Shown here: positions 53,737 to 62,762 of the stretch, one piece after another
Layout of the letters: each line of letters starts with the position of its first letter
How positions within the stretch are numbered: position 1 is the first letter of the stretch
Source: a virus
Length of the DNA stretch: 64,000 nt
Direction: 5' to 3' (one strand)
Virus record (IMG/VR): IMGVR_UViG_3300007790_000207
Position numbers and translations under genes: made by a program
Notes under the pieces: generated by a model
What the model saw: only the letters and a program-made list of their open reading frames with translations
Told to the model about the DNA's origin: nothing
The model's database searches: none

Positions 53737-53816
53737 GCTATCCTGAAGAACTTCATCGACCTCTCCTTGCATCTCCTGACCACAGACCTTGCACTTTCCT
53801 GATACAGTGAGGCCCT

Positions 53817-54065
53817 ATGAAGACCCAAGTGAGCCTGCTGAGCCAGGAGATCATGCTCCACTCCCTGTACGAGGAGCACAGGGAGGTGCTGGCACTGACC
53901 CAGCGGTTGAAGGAAGCCCGAGCACGGCGGGACGAGAAAATCTACGACTGCAAGGCGAACCAAGTCTCGATGAGCAGGATCTCGAAGACCATCGGGATGT
54001 CGGTGACCAACATGCAACCGATCCTGGAGAAGGTCGAGCGGCGGCGGAATGGGTTCGCATCGTGA
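53817..54065 (+). CDS. Putative HTH DNA-binding protein
   Basis: VSMSRISKTIGMSVTNMQPIL HTH-like; lower-GC codon usage. Confidence 0.6.
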   Translation: MKTQVSLLSQEIMLHSLYEEHREVLALTQRLKEARARRDEKIYDCKANQVSMSRISKTIGMSVTNMQPILEKVERRRNGFAS

Positions 54066-54205
54066 GCGGGCGCATCGAGCACTTCATCCTGCACCACTAC
54101 GCGGAGGTCGCCTGCTCGCATGAGAGTCGGACCCGACGACTCCAGGACAGTCCGATGCTGTGGGAGTGCGACGACTGCGGCAAGATCTTCGAGGAGGACG
54201 AGTGA
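54062..54205 (+). CDS. Small zinc-ribbon protein
   Basis: CSH...WECDDCGKIF; GTGA coupling. Confidence 0.5.
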   Translation: MSGRIEHFILHHYAEVACSHESRTRRLQDSPMLWECDDCGKIFEEDE

Positions 54206-54300
54206 CCGCCGAGATCGTGCTCGCCGTGGTTGCCATCGGCTCGGGCGTCCTCGTGGCTGGGATCATCATGATCCCGTTCGAGATCTGGAGGCGGCGATGA
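54202..54300 (+). CDS. Small membrane peptide
   Basis: GAGGAGG RBS; single TM segment. Confidence 0.45.
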   Translation: MTAEIVLAVVAIGSGVLVAGIIMIPFEIWRRR

Positions 54301-54389
54301 TCGAACTCATCGCAGGCATCATCTTCATCGTGGTCGTCTTCGCGCTCGCAGACCTCGGCTTCCGGTTCATGGATGGGGGCCTCAGGTGA
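54297..54389 (+). CDS. Small membrane peptide
   Basis: GGAGG RBS; single TM segment; ATGA coupling. Confidence 0.45.
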   Translation: MIELIAGIIFIVVVFALADLGFRFMDGGLR

Positions 54390-55459
54390 TCGACTCCATC
54401 AGCATCAAGAACTTCCAGAGCCTCTACGACGTCACCATCCCCCTGTCCCCGTTCACGGTGGTCGTCGGCAAGTCCTCCAGCGGCAAGAGCGCGTTCGTGC
54501 GGGCCATCAGGCTCCTGCTCCAGAACGCTCGCGGGACGAACTTCATCAGCCACGGCGAGGACACGGCCGAGGTGGAGGCGACGTTCTCCGACGGGATGCA
54601 GATCAGCATCGAGCGCGGGAAGGTCAACCGCTACGTCCTCGACAGCGTGGGCCCCTCCAGCGCCTTCGTCGACGCGCAGGTGTTCACGAAGTTGGGCGGG
54701 GAGGTCCCGGACGCGATCCAGGACGCGATCCGCATCGACCCGAGCCTCAGCATCGCCGGTCAGTTCGATCCCCCGTACCTGCTCACGGCGTCGGGCGGGG
54801 AGGTCGCCAGGACCCTCGGGGCGCTCACCAACGTCGACGTCGTGCTCGCGGCCGGGCGGGAGGCGGCTCGTCGTCGGCTCCAGTCGTCGAGCACGCTCAG
54901 GAGCCTCCAGGAGGCCGTCGAGGAGGACCACTCCGCCAGGATGCTCCTCGGGGACGTCGACGCGCGCCTGGAGGCCGCGGAGAAGGCCGAGGGTGCCCTG
55001 CACCACGCCGAAGCCCTGGAAGGCCGTCTGAGGCGCGCTGAGAGCGTCCTGGGGCATGTTTCGTCGGCCATCGAGACCTACAGGTCGGTCCAGGTGCCGG
55101 TCGTGCCCGATGTGGGCCCTCTGCTGGAGGCTGTCGAGGACGCCGAGCGCCGGTGGGTCCAGGTCGAGGAGATCCTGCTGAAGGCGTCGGAGGCGGACCG
55201 CTACCTCCAGGACGTCCCGGTCGTCGAGGTGCCCGAGGTCGACTTCGATGCGTTCGAGGAGATCCAGCGCCACCACGAGGACGCCGAGAACTTTCTCCGG
55301 GTCTTCCGGCTCGCCGTGTACGAGTGGCAGAGCGCAGGGCAGGCGGTGGCGCTGTACGAGGGCCAGGTCGCTGAAGCCCAGGAGGAGTACTCCCTCGCGC
55401 TGGCGGCCGCCGGTGTCTGTCCGACCTGCGGGCAGGAGACTTCGCATCTGCACCCCTGA
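54386..55459 (+). CDS. SbcC/Rad50-like ATPase, N-terminal half only
   Basis: ISIKNFQS, VGKSSSGKS Walker A, IAGQFD, coiled coil, ends at the CPTCGQ zinc hook; no signature motif or Walker B. Confidence 0.85.
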   Translation: MIDSISIKNFQSLYDVTIPLSPFTVVVGKSSSGKSAFVRAIRLLLQNARGTNFISHGEDTAEVEATFSDGMQISIERGKVNRYVLDSVGPSSAFVDAQVFTKLGGEVPDAIQDAIRIDPSLSIAGQFDPPYLLTASGGEVARTLGALTNVDVVLAAGREAARRRLQSSSTLRSLQEAVEEDHSARMLLGDVDARLEAAEKAEGALHHAEALEGRLRRAESVLGHVSSAIETYRSVQVPVVPDVGPLLEAVEDAERRWVQVEEILLKASEADRYLQDVPVVEVPEVDFDAFEEIQRHHEDAENFLRVFRLAVYEWQSAGQAVALYEGQVAEAQEEYSLALAAAGVCPTCGQETSHLHP

Positions 55460-55519
55460 GGTGCTATGCTGGAGGTGTCGCTCGGCCTCCAGTGTCGCGC
55501 GACATGGTTGGGGAACCAT

Positions 55520-55555
55520 AAGGCCCCTGCGCGAGTTGCTCCGCGCAGGGGCCTT
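55520..55555. terminator. Bidirectional terminator between convergent blocks
   Basis: AAGGCCCCTGCGCG / CGCGCAGGGGCCTT. Confidence 0.65.
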
Positions 55556-55668
55556 CCTCTTGCTCCAGGAGCACGCTAAAGAACTTTTCCGGACAGCCGT
55601 CAACGGATTCTGGCTCAGAACTGCCAGTTCTCGTTCAGAACCCCTTGACGAGGAGCCCAGAAAGTACT

Positions 55669-56805
55669 TCAGGCAGTGACGATCTGCTGAGCGATGGCGC
55701 GCAAGCCCCGCTCCTCGTCGTCGATGAGGAGGCTCTTCCCGGTCAGGGAGACCCGCAGTTCGACCTCGCCCCGTCCGGCGGCCTTCAGCATCGCCGACAG
55801 GTGCTCGTGGTGGAAGACGGCGTGCAGGCGCTTCTCGTCCTGCCAGGAGGCCGAGACGACCTCCTTCGTGAGGTTCCCCGAGCGGTCCTCGGAGATCATG
55901 ACCACCGCCCAGCCCGCGTTCGTCTGCACGGAGCGCAGGGTGACCTCGGGGTGGTCGTTGTCGGAGTACGTCCGCACTCGGGCCAGCGACGCCAGCATCT
56001 CCTCCGCGGTGCCGATTAGGAGCCCGTGGGTCTCCACCAGCGCCGCCGTCTCCACCTTCGAGACGTCCGGGTAGGGCAGGAGGGGCTTCGTCACGAGGAT
56101 GTCGAGGTTGTCGTAGGCGAGGAGGATCTTCTTCGGGCTCTCGGAGATCGTGAGGCCGCCTTGCTTCAAGGATGCGACGATGGAGGCGACCGGCCGCGAG
56201 AGGTCGACGTCGAAGAACTTTCCGGGGAGCGCGCGCTTCAGGAGCAGGGAGCCGTTCGTCGCGGTCGCGAACCCGCCGCCGAGGTGGACTCGCTCCAGCG
56301 TCGGGCGACCGGAGTTCTTGGGGACGGCAGGAAGCACCCCGGAGACGGCCTGCGCAAGGTCCTGGGCGTCCAGGACGGTGAAGGCCACCATCTCCTCGTC
56401 CTCGTCGTCCCAGTGGCCCACAGCGCCGGAGACCTCCCACCTCGTCCTGGAGGTGCGGAGCATGATCTTCTCGGCGTCGAGGACGGAGATCTCGACCTTC
56501 GGGGAGTCGGCGGCCTTCAACTTCGCCAGGAACTCCGGCAGGACGACCGAGATCGACCCCGCTTCGAGCACCTGGGCGTCGATCCGGGTCGTCAGGCGCA
56601 TCTCGCCGGTGTCGCAGGACAGATCCAGCCGCGAGACGCCGTCAGAGCCTCCCACAGCCGCGATCCGGAGCATCAGGGGTCCGAGTGCCGCCGGTCGGTC
56701 CTTCGCCGCTCCTGCGAGCACGGAGGCGATCTTCGTCAGGCTCGTCGTAGCGACGCGGGCCCGGAGTTCGGCTCCAGGGGGCAGGAGGGTGCCCTCAGAG
56801 GTCAC
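55669..56805 (-). CDS. dnaN: DNA polymerase III beta sliding clamp-like protein
   Basis: 378 aa; RPTLERVHL...ATATNGSLL, PYPDVSKV and EMLASLARV, matching clamp repeat features. Confidence 0.75.
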   Translation of the reverse strand: MTSEGTLLPPGAELRARVATTSLTKIASVLAGAAKDRPAALGPLMLRIAAVGGSDGVSRLDLSCDTGEMRLTTRIDAQVLEAGSISVVLPEFLAKLKAADSPKVEISVLDAEKIMLRTSRTRWEVSGAVGHWDDEDEEMVAFTVLDAQDLAQAVSGVLPAVPKNSGRPTLERVHLGGGFATATNGSLLLKRALPGKFFDVDLSRPVASIVASLKQGGLTISESPKKILLAYDNLDILVTKPLLPYPDVSKVETAALVETHGLLIGTAEEMLASLARVRTYSDNDHPEVTLRSVQTNAGWAVVMISEDRSGNLTKEVVSASWQDEKRLHAVFHHEHLSAMLKAAGRGEVELRVSLTGKSLLIDDEERGLRAIAQQIVTA

Positions 56806-57028
56806 GGACGGCCTGCTGGAGAGCCTCCAGCGCCTTGTCGCGCTCGGCGCGGACCTCGTCGACCTTCTTCTCCAGGTCGACGAGGGAGGTCACGCCGAAC
56901 TCGTCGGCGGCCTGCTGGAGTGCGTCCTTCAGGTCCTTCTTCGCGCGGTCGCGCTGGGCCTCGGCGACCGCCTTGCGCTTCTCCGCCTCGGCGACCTTCT
57001 GCTTGATCTTCGTGAGTTCGTTGCTCAT
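56795..57028 (-). CDS. Small coiled-coil protein (possible middle piece of split Rad50)
   Basis: Entirely heptad coiled coil; EFGVTSLVDLE hinge. Confidence 0.6.
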   Translation of the reverse strand: MSNELTKIKQKVAEAEKRKAVAEAQRDRAKKDLKDALQQAADEFGVTSLVDLEKKVDEVRAERDKALEALQQAVRDL

Positions 57029-57037
57029 CCTGCCAGC

Positions 57038-57877
57038 CTAGTCGAGTCCGGTCCCGCCGGGAAGACGCATCCGTCGGGTGCCCGGCTCCGGCAAGAACTT
57101 TTCGCAGGCGTGCTTCACGGGGCACCAGGCACAGCCGTCGGTGTCGTCCTTCGGGGGCATGGCGTCGTTGACGACGTCGTTCGCCATGTTGGTGATGTCG
57201 CGGAAGAGCGCGAGCCTCGCCTCGGGCCCGATCTCGATGGGCTTCAGGCGGTGCTTCTCCGGGAGGAGGGGCTGGATGAGCGCCGCTCCTTCGACCCGGC
57301 CGCCGTAGCGCAGTTCGGTGGCGACCGAGTAGTAGACCATCTGGCCCTGGGTCTTCTTCCAGTAGTCGGCGTTCCTCGTCTGCTTCAGGTCGAAGACGTA
57401 CCAGCGGTCGTGTTCCTCGTCATGCACGAGGTAGTCCATGTAGCCGTTGAGCGTGACGTGGATGGGGTCTCCGCCGCCGTTGCGCGCCGCGTGCATCGGG
57501 ACCTCGAACTTGACGTCCTGGTCGTGCCAGTACGGGGTGACGTGCTCCAGGAGGATCGGCTCCAGGTTGGTGATCGCCTCGGCGCAGTCGGCTCGGACCT
57601 TCTCGCGGTCGTCGACGGACTTCCATCGCACGATGCCGGACTCCTCCGCCTCGGCGACCGCGCGCTCGAAGTACTCGTCGAGCATCAAGAGCATCTGGCC
57701 GGGCTGGCGGTCCTTGTCCTTCAGCCAGTCGCGCGAGATCCGGTCGGTGATGGTGCCGGGCAGGAAGTTCCTCTGGTCCTCCAGCGCCGCCTTGCGGCCG
57801 GTCCGCATCAACTTCGCCTTCTGCTTGCACTCGACGTAGGTCCGCAGGCTGGACCACGAGATCCGGATGGTCTCCAC
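57038..57877 (-). CDS. PD-(D/E)XK nuclease, AddB/Cas4-like with Fe-S cysteines
   Basis: ISWSSLRTYVECK, GYMDYL...FDLKQT, QMVYY, CAWCPVKHAC; AGGAGG RBS. Confidence 0.85.
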   Translation of the reverse strand: METIRISWSSLRTYVECKQKAKLMRTGRKAALEDQRNFLPGTITDRISRDWLKDKDRQPGQMLLMLDEYFERAVAEAEESGIVRWKSVDDREKVRADCAEAITNLEPILLEHVTPYWHDQDVKFEVPMHAARNGGGDPIHVTLNGYMDYLVHDEEHDRWYVFDLKQTRNADYWKKTQGQMVYYSVATELRYGGRVEGAALIQPLLPEKHRLKPIEIGPEARLALFRDITNMANDVVNDAMPPKDDTDGCAWCPVKHACEKFLPEPGTRRMRLPGGTGLD

Positions 57878-57887
57878 TCCGCACCTC

Positions 57888-58277
57888 CTACAGACTCGGG
57901 CGCTGGGCGGCATAGGAGGGCCTGTTCCGGAGGATGCTGGACTTGCGCGCGATGCGACGGCCCAGGACCTTGCTCGCGGCCTCGGCGTCCTCGCGGAGCA
58001 TCCGGCCACCGGCGAACTCGAAGCCGCCGTTGATGCCTTCGGTGGTCGGGTCCGAGATCGCGGCCTCCAGGCACAACTTTCTCACGGGGCAGGAGACGCA
58101 GATCTCCTTCGCCTCGTCCATGAGCGGATGCCAGTCGCTCGTCCACGCGGCCGCCATCGCCGGGTCCTGAGCGGCTTCACCGCAGGCGGACTCCTGGTGC
58201 CAGTCGGGGATCGGCTTGTCGTAGGTCGTCGTCTTGTAGGAGCGCACGGTGCTCCGGTGGTCGTACCAGTCGGTCAC
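57888..58277 (-). CDS. whiB: WhiB-family transcription regulator
   Basis: W..E.AC...AKEICVSCPVRKLCL...GINGG. Confidence 0.85.
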   Translation of the reverse strand: MTDWYDHRSTVRSYKTTTYDKPIPDWHQESACGEAAQDPAMAAAWTSDWHPLMDEAKEICVSCPVRKLCLEAAISDPTTEGINGGFEFAGGRMLREDAEAASKVLGRRIARKSSILRNRPSYAAQRPSL

Positions 58278-59221
58278 TCTGCGTCCTCGATCAGGCTGAT
58301 GGCGGTCTGCTTCACTTCGTCCTCTGCTTCCATGGTGCGGATGTGGTCGATGACGGACGAGGTCGTCGTCATCGCGATCTGGGAGTGGCCGACGGCGGCG
58401 AGGAAGTTCTCCGCCTCGATGGCCTTCTGCTTCTTCGCGGTGCCCTCGACGATCTTGAAGACCTCCTCCGCCGGTCGGCAGGGGACGGGGATCTCCTCGA
58501 ACCCGTGCTTGGGGCTCCAGTCGAGAACTTTCACGGTCCGGGTCATGTGGGACTCGGTCAGCGAGCCGCGGGAGATCGCGCCGACGTTGGCGAAGGTGAC
58601 GCCGCTCGTCTCCCAGATCCCGTAGTCGTCGTGGATGTGGCCGAACTGGATGAAGCCCCAGTTCCCCATCGCCTTCGCGACCTGCTCGCTCGTGAGGTGC
58701 TCGTAGATCGGCTCTTGACCCGGCGGGAAGATCGAGGCGTGGGTGACGACGAGGGAGTTCGGTGCGTCCTCGTGCTCCAGGAAGCCGTCGAAGGCCTCCT
58801 CCAGGTCGCCTTCCCAGTCCTGTTGCCACGGGACGCCGAAGAGGGGCAGGTCCGGGTGCCAGCCGGAAAGTTCTCGGGCCCCGGCGGCGAACAGCACGCC
58901 GAGGGGCTGGCTCGCGTGCAGGGACTCGTAGCGGTCGTTCGTGAGGTCGTGGTTGCCTGCGACGATCCAGAGCGGGATGCCGACGGCCTCGTAGTGCTTC
59001 ACGACGTCGATCATCTTCAGGACGAGCGCGTGGGAGTTCTTCCGCGGCGACTTGTGGTGGAAGACATCGCCGGCCCAGACGACGGCATCGACCTTCCGAC
59101 GTGCGCCCTCGTCGGCGATCCAGCGGAGCATCTCGATGATGTCGTCCGTGTAGGTCTCGGTGCAGTTGATGGGCGGGGTGTCGGAGACGTGGATGTCGCC
59201 GACGAGGAGAACGTGGGGCAT
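58274..59221 (-). CDS. SbcD/Mre11-like nuclease
   Basis: GDIHVSD, AGDVFH, AGNHD, VTHAS, GHIHD, NVGAISR. Confidence 0.88.
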   Translation of the reverse strand: MPHVLLVGDIHVSDTPPINCTETYTDDIIEMLRWIADEGARRKVDAVVWAGDVFHHKSPRKNSHALVLKMIDVVKHYEAVGIPLWIVAGNHDLTNDRYESLHASQPLGVLFAAGARELSGWHPDLPLFGVPWQQDWEGDLEEAFDGFLEHEDAPNSLVVTHASIFPPGQEPIYEHLTSEQVAKAMGNWGFIQFGHIHDDYGIWETSGVTFANVGAISRGSLTESHMTRTVKVLDWSPKHGFEEIPVPCRPAEEVFKIVEGTAKKQKAIEAENFLAAVGHSQIAMTTTSSVIDHIRTMEAEDEVKQTAISLIEDAE

Positions 59222-59235
59222 CCTCCCAGCATAGG

Positions 59236-59273
59236 CGAAGGGCCCTCGGACGGGAAGATCTGAGGGCCCTTCG
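59236..59273. terminator. Terminator-like hairpin
   Basis: CGAAGGGCCCTC / GAGGGCCCTTCG. Confidence 0.55.
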
Positions 59274-59335
59274 TTGCGGGACAGGTGCCCGCTTGGTTCG
59301 ACTCTTCGGAAGTGAACCCGAGGAGTCTAGCACGT

Positions 59336-59683
59336 CTACTGGTTGGGGAGTTCGCCGACGAGGTTGTAGATCTTCTCGATCTCGTACCGCAAGGCGGGAG
59401 CCGTGCCGACCACCTTCGTCCGCTCGTTCAGGATCTCCAGGACCCTCGCCACGGTGCGAGCGTCGTAGGGCTTGTGCTCGTCGATGAGCGCCCGCACCTT
59501 GTCGTGGTCGACGGCGAAGGTGACGTTGATGGAGCCGTCGATCCGACGGATCTGCATCCGCACGAGGTCGTCGAGGTCGTCGCTGGAGACGGTCTTGTTG
59601 AACTCCAGTCCGGCGGACTCGACGAGCATCCGGATGTTGTTGATCGCCAGGGAGGGGTTGTCGAAGTATGCGATGTCAGGCAT
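59336..59683 (-). CDS. Hypothetical protein
   Basis: AGGAG RBS on the minus strand. Confidence 0.6.
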   Translation of the reverse strand: MPDIAYFDNPSLAINNIRMLVESAGLEFNKTVSSDDLDDLVRMQIRRIDGSINVTFAVDHDKVRALIDEHKPYDARTVARVLEILNERTKVVGTAPALRYEIEKIYNLVGELPNQ

Positions 59684-59719
59684 GGCGCGCTCCTAGAGGT
59701 TGGGGGAACCGATGACTCC

Positions 59720-59749
59720 ACTCTACCCACACTCCTTGACCTCTGTCAA
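59720..59749 (-). promoter_or_regulatory. Leftward promoter with TTGAC-N4-GTCAA operator
   Basis: TTGACCTCTGTCAA 59736-59749; minus-strand TTGACA-18-TAGAGT. Confidence 0.75.
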
Positions 59750-59819
59750 CACCAATCTAGGAGAATCTTTTCTTGACTTCGACTTGACATGACACTTGGA
59801 GCGTGCGTACTGTGGACTC

Positions 59820-60065
59820 ATGAAGAGCAACATCGACCGCGACAAGGCCTACTGGACCTTGCACGCTATCGTCGTCCCCACGCTGACCATCGACGATGGG
59901 GACCCGGACGACTTCGTGGACCTCGTCTTCGAGCAGATCACCACGACCTCGGACCACGACCGCCTGCGGAGCATGGTCGAGATCGACTGGGATGCAATCG
60001 ACCAGGCCATCGAAGACGTCCGCGAGACCCGCTTCAACAACCACGAGGAGGCCAAGATTGGCTGA
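59820..60065 (+). CDS. Hypothetical acidic protein
   Basis: ATG shortly after TACTGT -10. Confidence 0.55.
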   Translation: MKSNIDRDKAYWTLHAIVVPTLTIDDGDPDDFVDLVFEQITTTSDHDRLRSMVEIDWDAIDQAIEDVRETRFNNHEEAKIG

Positions 60066-60288
60066 GACCACCACCCACCGCACGCAGGCCGAGATCGCCG
60101 CGGCGCACGCCAAGGCGGCCGACGACCTCTACCGAGCCCTGTACCCGGACGCCACCATGCCGGTCGCCACCCGCACGCTCGCCGAGGTGGGCCCGGATCG
60201 CTACTTCTCGTCCTTCGCCCGGCGGGACGCCGAGATCCTCCAGGACCGCCTCAACAACCGCCTGAAGCGTCTGGGGGTGGCGGCATGA
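60058..60288 (+). CDS. Hypothetical protein
   Basis: AGGAGG RBS, TTG start. Confidence 0.5.
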   Translation: MAETTTHRTQAEIAAAHAKAADDLYRALYPDATMPVATRTLAEVGPDRYFSSFARRDAEILQDRLNNRLKRLGVAA

Positions 60289-60632
60289 GCGACCCCACCA
60301 TCGCCGAGGAGCGCCGGGAGATCGCCGAGGCCGTCGAGGACCTCGCGCGCATCACCTTCGATGGCGAGCCGGAGAACTTTTCGGTCGCCGCTGACAAGAA
60401 CAACGAGTCGGCGCACCTGGACTCCGACGAGACCTTCCTGGCCCGCGCGGAGCGCATCCTCGGCGTCCACCTCATGTCGGCGAGGATCGTCGAGCAGTTC
60501 TCCGAGCCGGACAGCCCGGTGCGGGAGATGGAGGCGCGGCTGAGGGAGCCCCGAGAGCGCCTGGAGCGGTCCCTGACGGCCTTCCAGCAGGCCAAGAGCA
60601 GAGCGCACCACCCCGCAGGCAAGCGCCGCTGA
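60285..60632 (+). CDS. Hypothetical protein
   Basis: ATGA coupling. Confidence 0.6.
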   Translation: MSDPTIAEERREIAEAVEDLARITFDGEPENFSVAADKNNESAHLDSDETFLARAERILGVHLMSARIVEQFSEPDSPVREMEARLREPRERLERSLTAFQQAKSRAHHPAGKRR

Positions 60633-60682
60633 ACCACGAGATCCCCTGGGCTACGGCTCAGGGGATTCTTCGTGCCAGCCTA

Positions 60683-60696
60683 TTGACACTCGTCAA
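60683..60696. promoter_or_regulatory. TTGAC-N4-GTCAA operator/promoter
   Basis: TTGACACTCGTCAA following a terminator hairpin (60641-60666). Confidence 0.7.
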
Positions 60697-60771
60697 GTCC
60701 CATGCTTCAATGGAGGTGCCGGGAAGTCCGGCCACATACCAGCCTTGAAGGAGGCAGAGAGCAGGGACACG

Positions 60772-61122
60772 ATGAGCAACAAGATCTTCGCAAGCGTCAA
60801 CGGGACGTGGGACGACATGGAGCGCACGATCAAGACGGCGTTCGACTGGCAGGCCCACGAGATCGTGATCGTCGGCATCGCGGGCCTGGAGCCCGTGATG
60901 GAGGAACTTTCCGCGCGGTGGGACCAGTACCAGATCCCGATCTCGGTGCTCCCGAACCGCGGCGAAGACTGCTCGGATGTCCGCTTCACCTACCCGCCGT
61001 TCGTCGGCGTCTCGCAGGAGGACTCGTTCGCCCGCAAGGTGCTGGAGTCCAACGCGGGGCAGGCGGTCTTCCAGAACGGCGTCCTGCGCTCCTACCGGCC
61101 GATCCAGAAGTCGGCCGCCTGA
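60772..61122 (+). CDS. Hypothetical protein
   Basis: Phage codon usage. Confidence 0.6.
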   Translation: MSNKIFASVNGTWDDMERTIKTAFDWQAHEIVIVGIAGLEPVMEELSARWDQYQIPISVLPNRGEDCSDVRFTYPPFVGVSQEDSFARKVLESNAGQAVFQNGVLRSYRPIQKSAA

Positions 61123-61132
61123 CGGCAACGAG

Positions 61133-61174
61133 AAGGCCCCTGGCTGGGGTGAAGGAGTCCCAGCCAGGGGCCTT
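61133..61174 (+). terminator. Terminator hairpin
   Basis: 16-bp AAGGCCCCTGGCTGGG / CCCAGCCAGGGGCCTT. Confidence 0.65.
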
Positions 61175-61329
61175 ACCCGTGCGAGCATCGCGGGCTACTG
61201 CACGGGGAGGGTCGACTCCCTCACTCCCTCCCACTATCGGCCAGGCCAATCTTGACATTGGACTTGACAACGCCTTGAAGACCTGAGTAGAGTTGAGTCA
61301 TCACCAACCGCTTCGGGAAGGAAGCCATC

Positions 61330-61671
61330 ATGAGCAACATGACTGAACTGACCTGCCAGTACGACTCGCGCAAGTCCTTCTACGGCAAGGCCCACGTCTA
61401 CAGCGAGAACGGCCGCGTGATCCTCCGGTCCTACTCCACCGACGTCGCCTACATCGAGGGCGGCCGCATGTTCGTCAACGGTCGCTACAGCGCGACCACC
61501 GACCGCCACGTCCGGGAGTTCATGAAGCAGTACGGCTTCATGCACCTCGCGCAGTCGCCCTGGGCGGAGGTCATGGAGATCTGCGACCCGGCGGCCAAGT
61601 CGGAGCAGGACGTCATGGGCCACCTGCCGAGCCGCGAGCCGGAGCCGGAGCCGACGCTGACCCTGTTCTGA
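61330..61671 (+). CDS. Conserved phage protein (YDSRKSFYGKA...SATT.RH type)
   Basis: Recognisable small phage family; GGAAGGA RBS. Confidence 0.7.
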   Translation: MSNMTELTCQYDSRKSFYGKAHVYSENGRVILRSYSTDVAYIEGGRMFVNGRYSATTDRHVREFMKQYGFMHLAQSPWAEVMEICDPAAKSEQDVMGHLPSREPEPEPTLTLF

Positions 61672-61800
61672 GCCGGAGCCACGAGGCCGGGGGAGATCCC
61701 CTCGGCCTCCTCGGCGTGCCCGAGAACTTTCCCAAACTCGCCTTGACCAATATTGACATTGGACTTGACAACCGACTTGACCGTCGGCTACAGTGGAGTC

Positions 61801-62130
61801 ATGAGCAACCACAAGAAGGCCACCGCCGCCAACGTCAGCCGCGCGCTGGGCACGAAGTTCAGCCGCTCCTTCACCTACAGGTCCATGATCCGAGGCCTCC
61901 CCAACCGCTCCACCGGATTCAAGGTCGAGAAGCGCGGCCCGGAGTCGGCCGTCGTGACGCACATCATGAGCGGCTACGCCTTCAGCGCCTCCGCCGAGGG
62001 CAGGCGACAGGAGGAGTTGCGGCTCGCCGCCTACGCGGAGTTCCTCAACGAGGCGGGCTTCGACGCCAAGGTCCTGACCTCGGAGTTCGGCTACGGCAAC
62101 TGCGTCGGCGTCAAGACGAAGGAGGACTGA
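61801..62130 (+). CDS. Hypothetical protein
   Basis: ATG 6 nt after TACAGT -10. Confidence 0.65.
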   Translation: MSNHKKATAANVSRALGTKFSRSFTYRSMIRGLPNRSTGFKVEKRGPESAVVTHIMSGYAFSASAEGRRQEELRLAAYAEFLNEAGFDAKVLTSEFGYGNCVGVKTKED

Positions 62131-62132
62131 CC

Positions 62133-62330
62133 ATGGCCGCAAGCATCACCCCCGCCGAGCGCAAGGCGTTGATCGACGGCGCGAAGGCCGAAGGCCGCAA
62201 GGAGGCGCTGGAGGAGGCCGCCAAGGTCCTGCGGGACGCCGAGAGGACCTTCACCATCTGGGACGACTACACCGCCGGGGTGGCCTCCGGCATCGGCAAC
62301 GCCGCGGACACCGTCGAGAACATGGCCTGA
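62133..62330 (+). CDS. Hypothetical protein
   Basis: AAGGAGG RBS. Confidence 0.6.
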   Translation: MAASITPAERKALIDGAKAEGRKEALEEAAKVLRDAERTFTIWDDYTAGVASGIGNAADTVENMA

Positions 62331-62358
62331 AGTTCTTCGAGAAATCTGCCTGGAGGCC

Positions 62359-62388
62359 TTGACAAGTGTCAAGGCCTTCAAGTAGTAT
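62359..62388 (+). promoter_or_regulatory. Promoter with extended palindromic operator
   Basis: AGGCC-TTGACAAGTGTCAA-GGCCT; TAGTAT 62383-62388. Confidence 0.8.
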
Positions 62389-62424
62389 GTAAGTAACAGT
62401 TCAACCCCGACCAAGGAGCATCCC

Positions 62425-62760
62425 ATGGCACTCAACCCCGCGAAGGTCGCCCAGGCCGCGAAGATCGACGCCCTCATCGCCGACCTGAAGGCGAAGCGCG
62501 ACCTCCTCCAGGAGCACATGCGCGCCGAGGCGGCCGAGGGCACGACCATCGTCGAGCACAAGGGCGTCAAGTACGTCGTGACGGCGACGCCCAAGACCGA
62601 ACTGGACGCCAAGGCGTTCCAGGCCGCGCACCCCTACGCCGAGTTCCCCGAGTTCTACAAGACCGACCCGACCTTCAGCGCGGCGCTCGTCAAGGAGAAG
62701 GACCGCGAGGGCTACACGCAGTCCGGCACGACCGCGATCAGCCTGAAGGTGGCGAACTAG
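62425..62760 (+). CDS. Hypothetical protein
   Basis: AAGGAG RBS. Confidence 0.65.
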   Translation: MALNPAKVAQAAKIDALIADLKAKRDLLQEHMRAEAAEGTTIVEHKGVKYVVTATPKTELDAKAFQAAHPYAEFPEFYKTDPTFSAALVKEKDREGYTQSGTTAISLKVAN

Positions 62761-62762
62761 CC

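Noticed and set aside
57038-57877. Cas4 / CRISPR locus
   Set aside because: No cas1/cas2 and no identical direct repeats with ~30-nt spacers anywhere in the window; stand-alone Cas4/AddB-like nucleases are common in phages.
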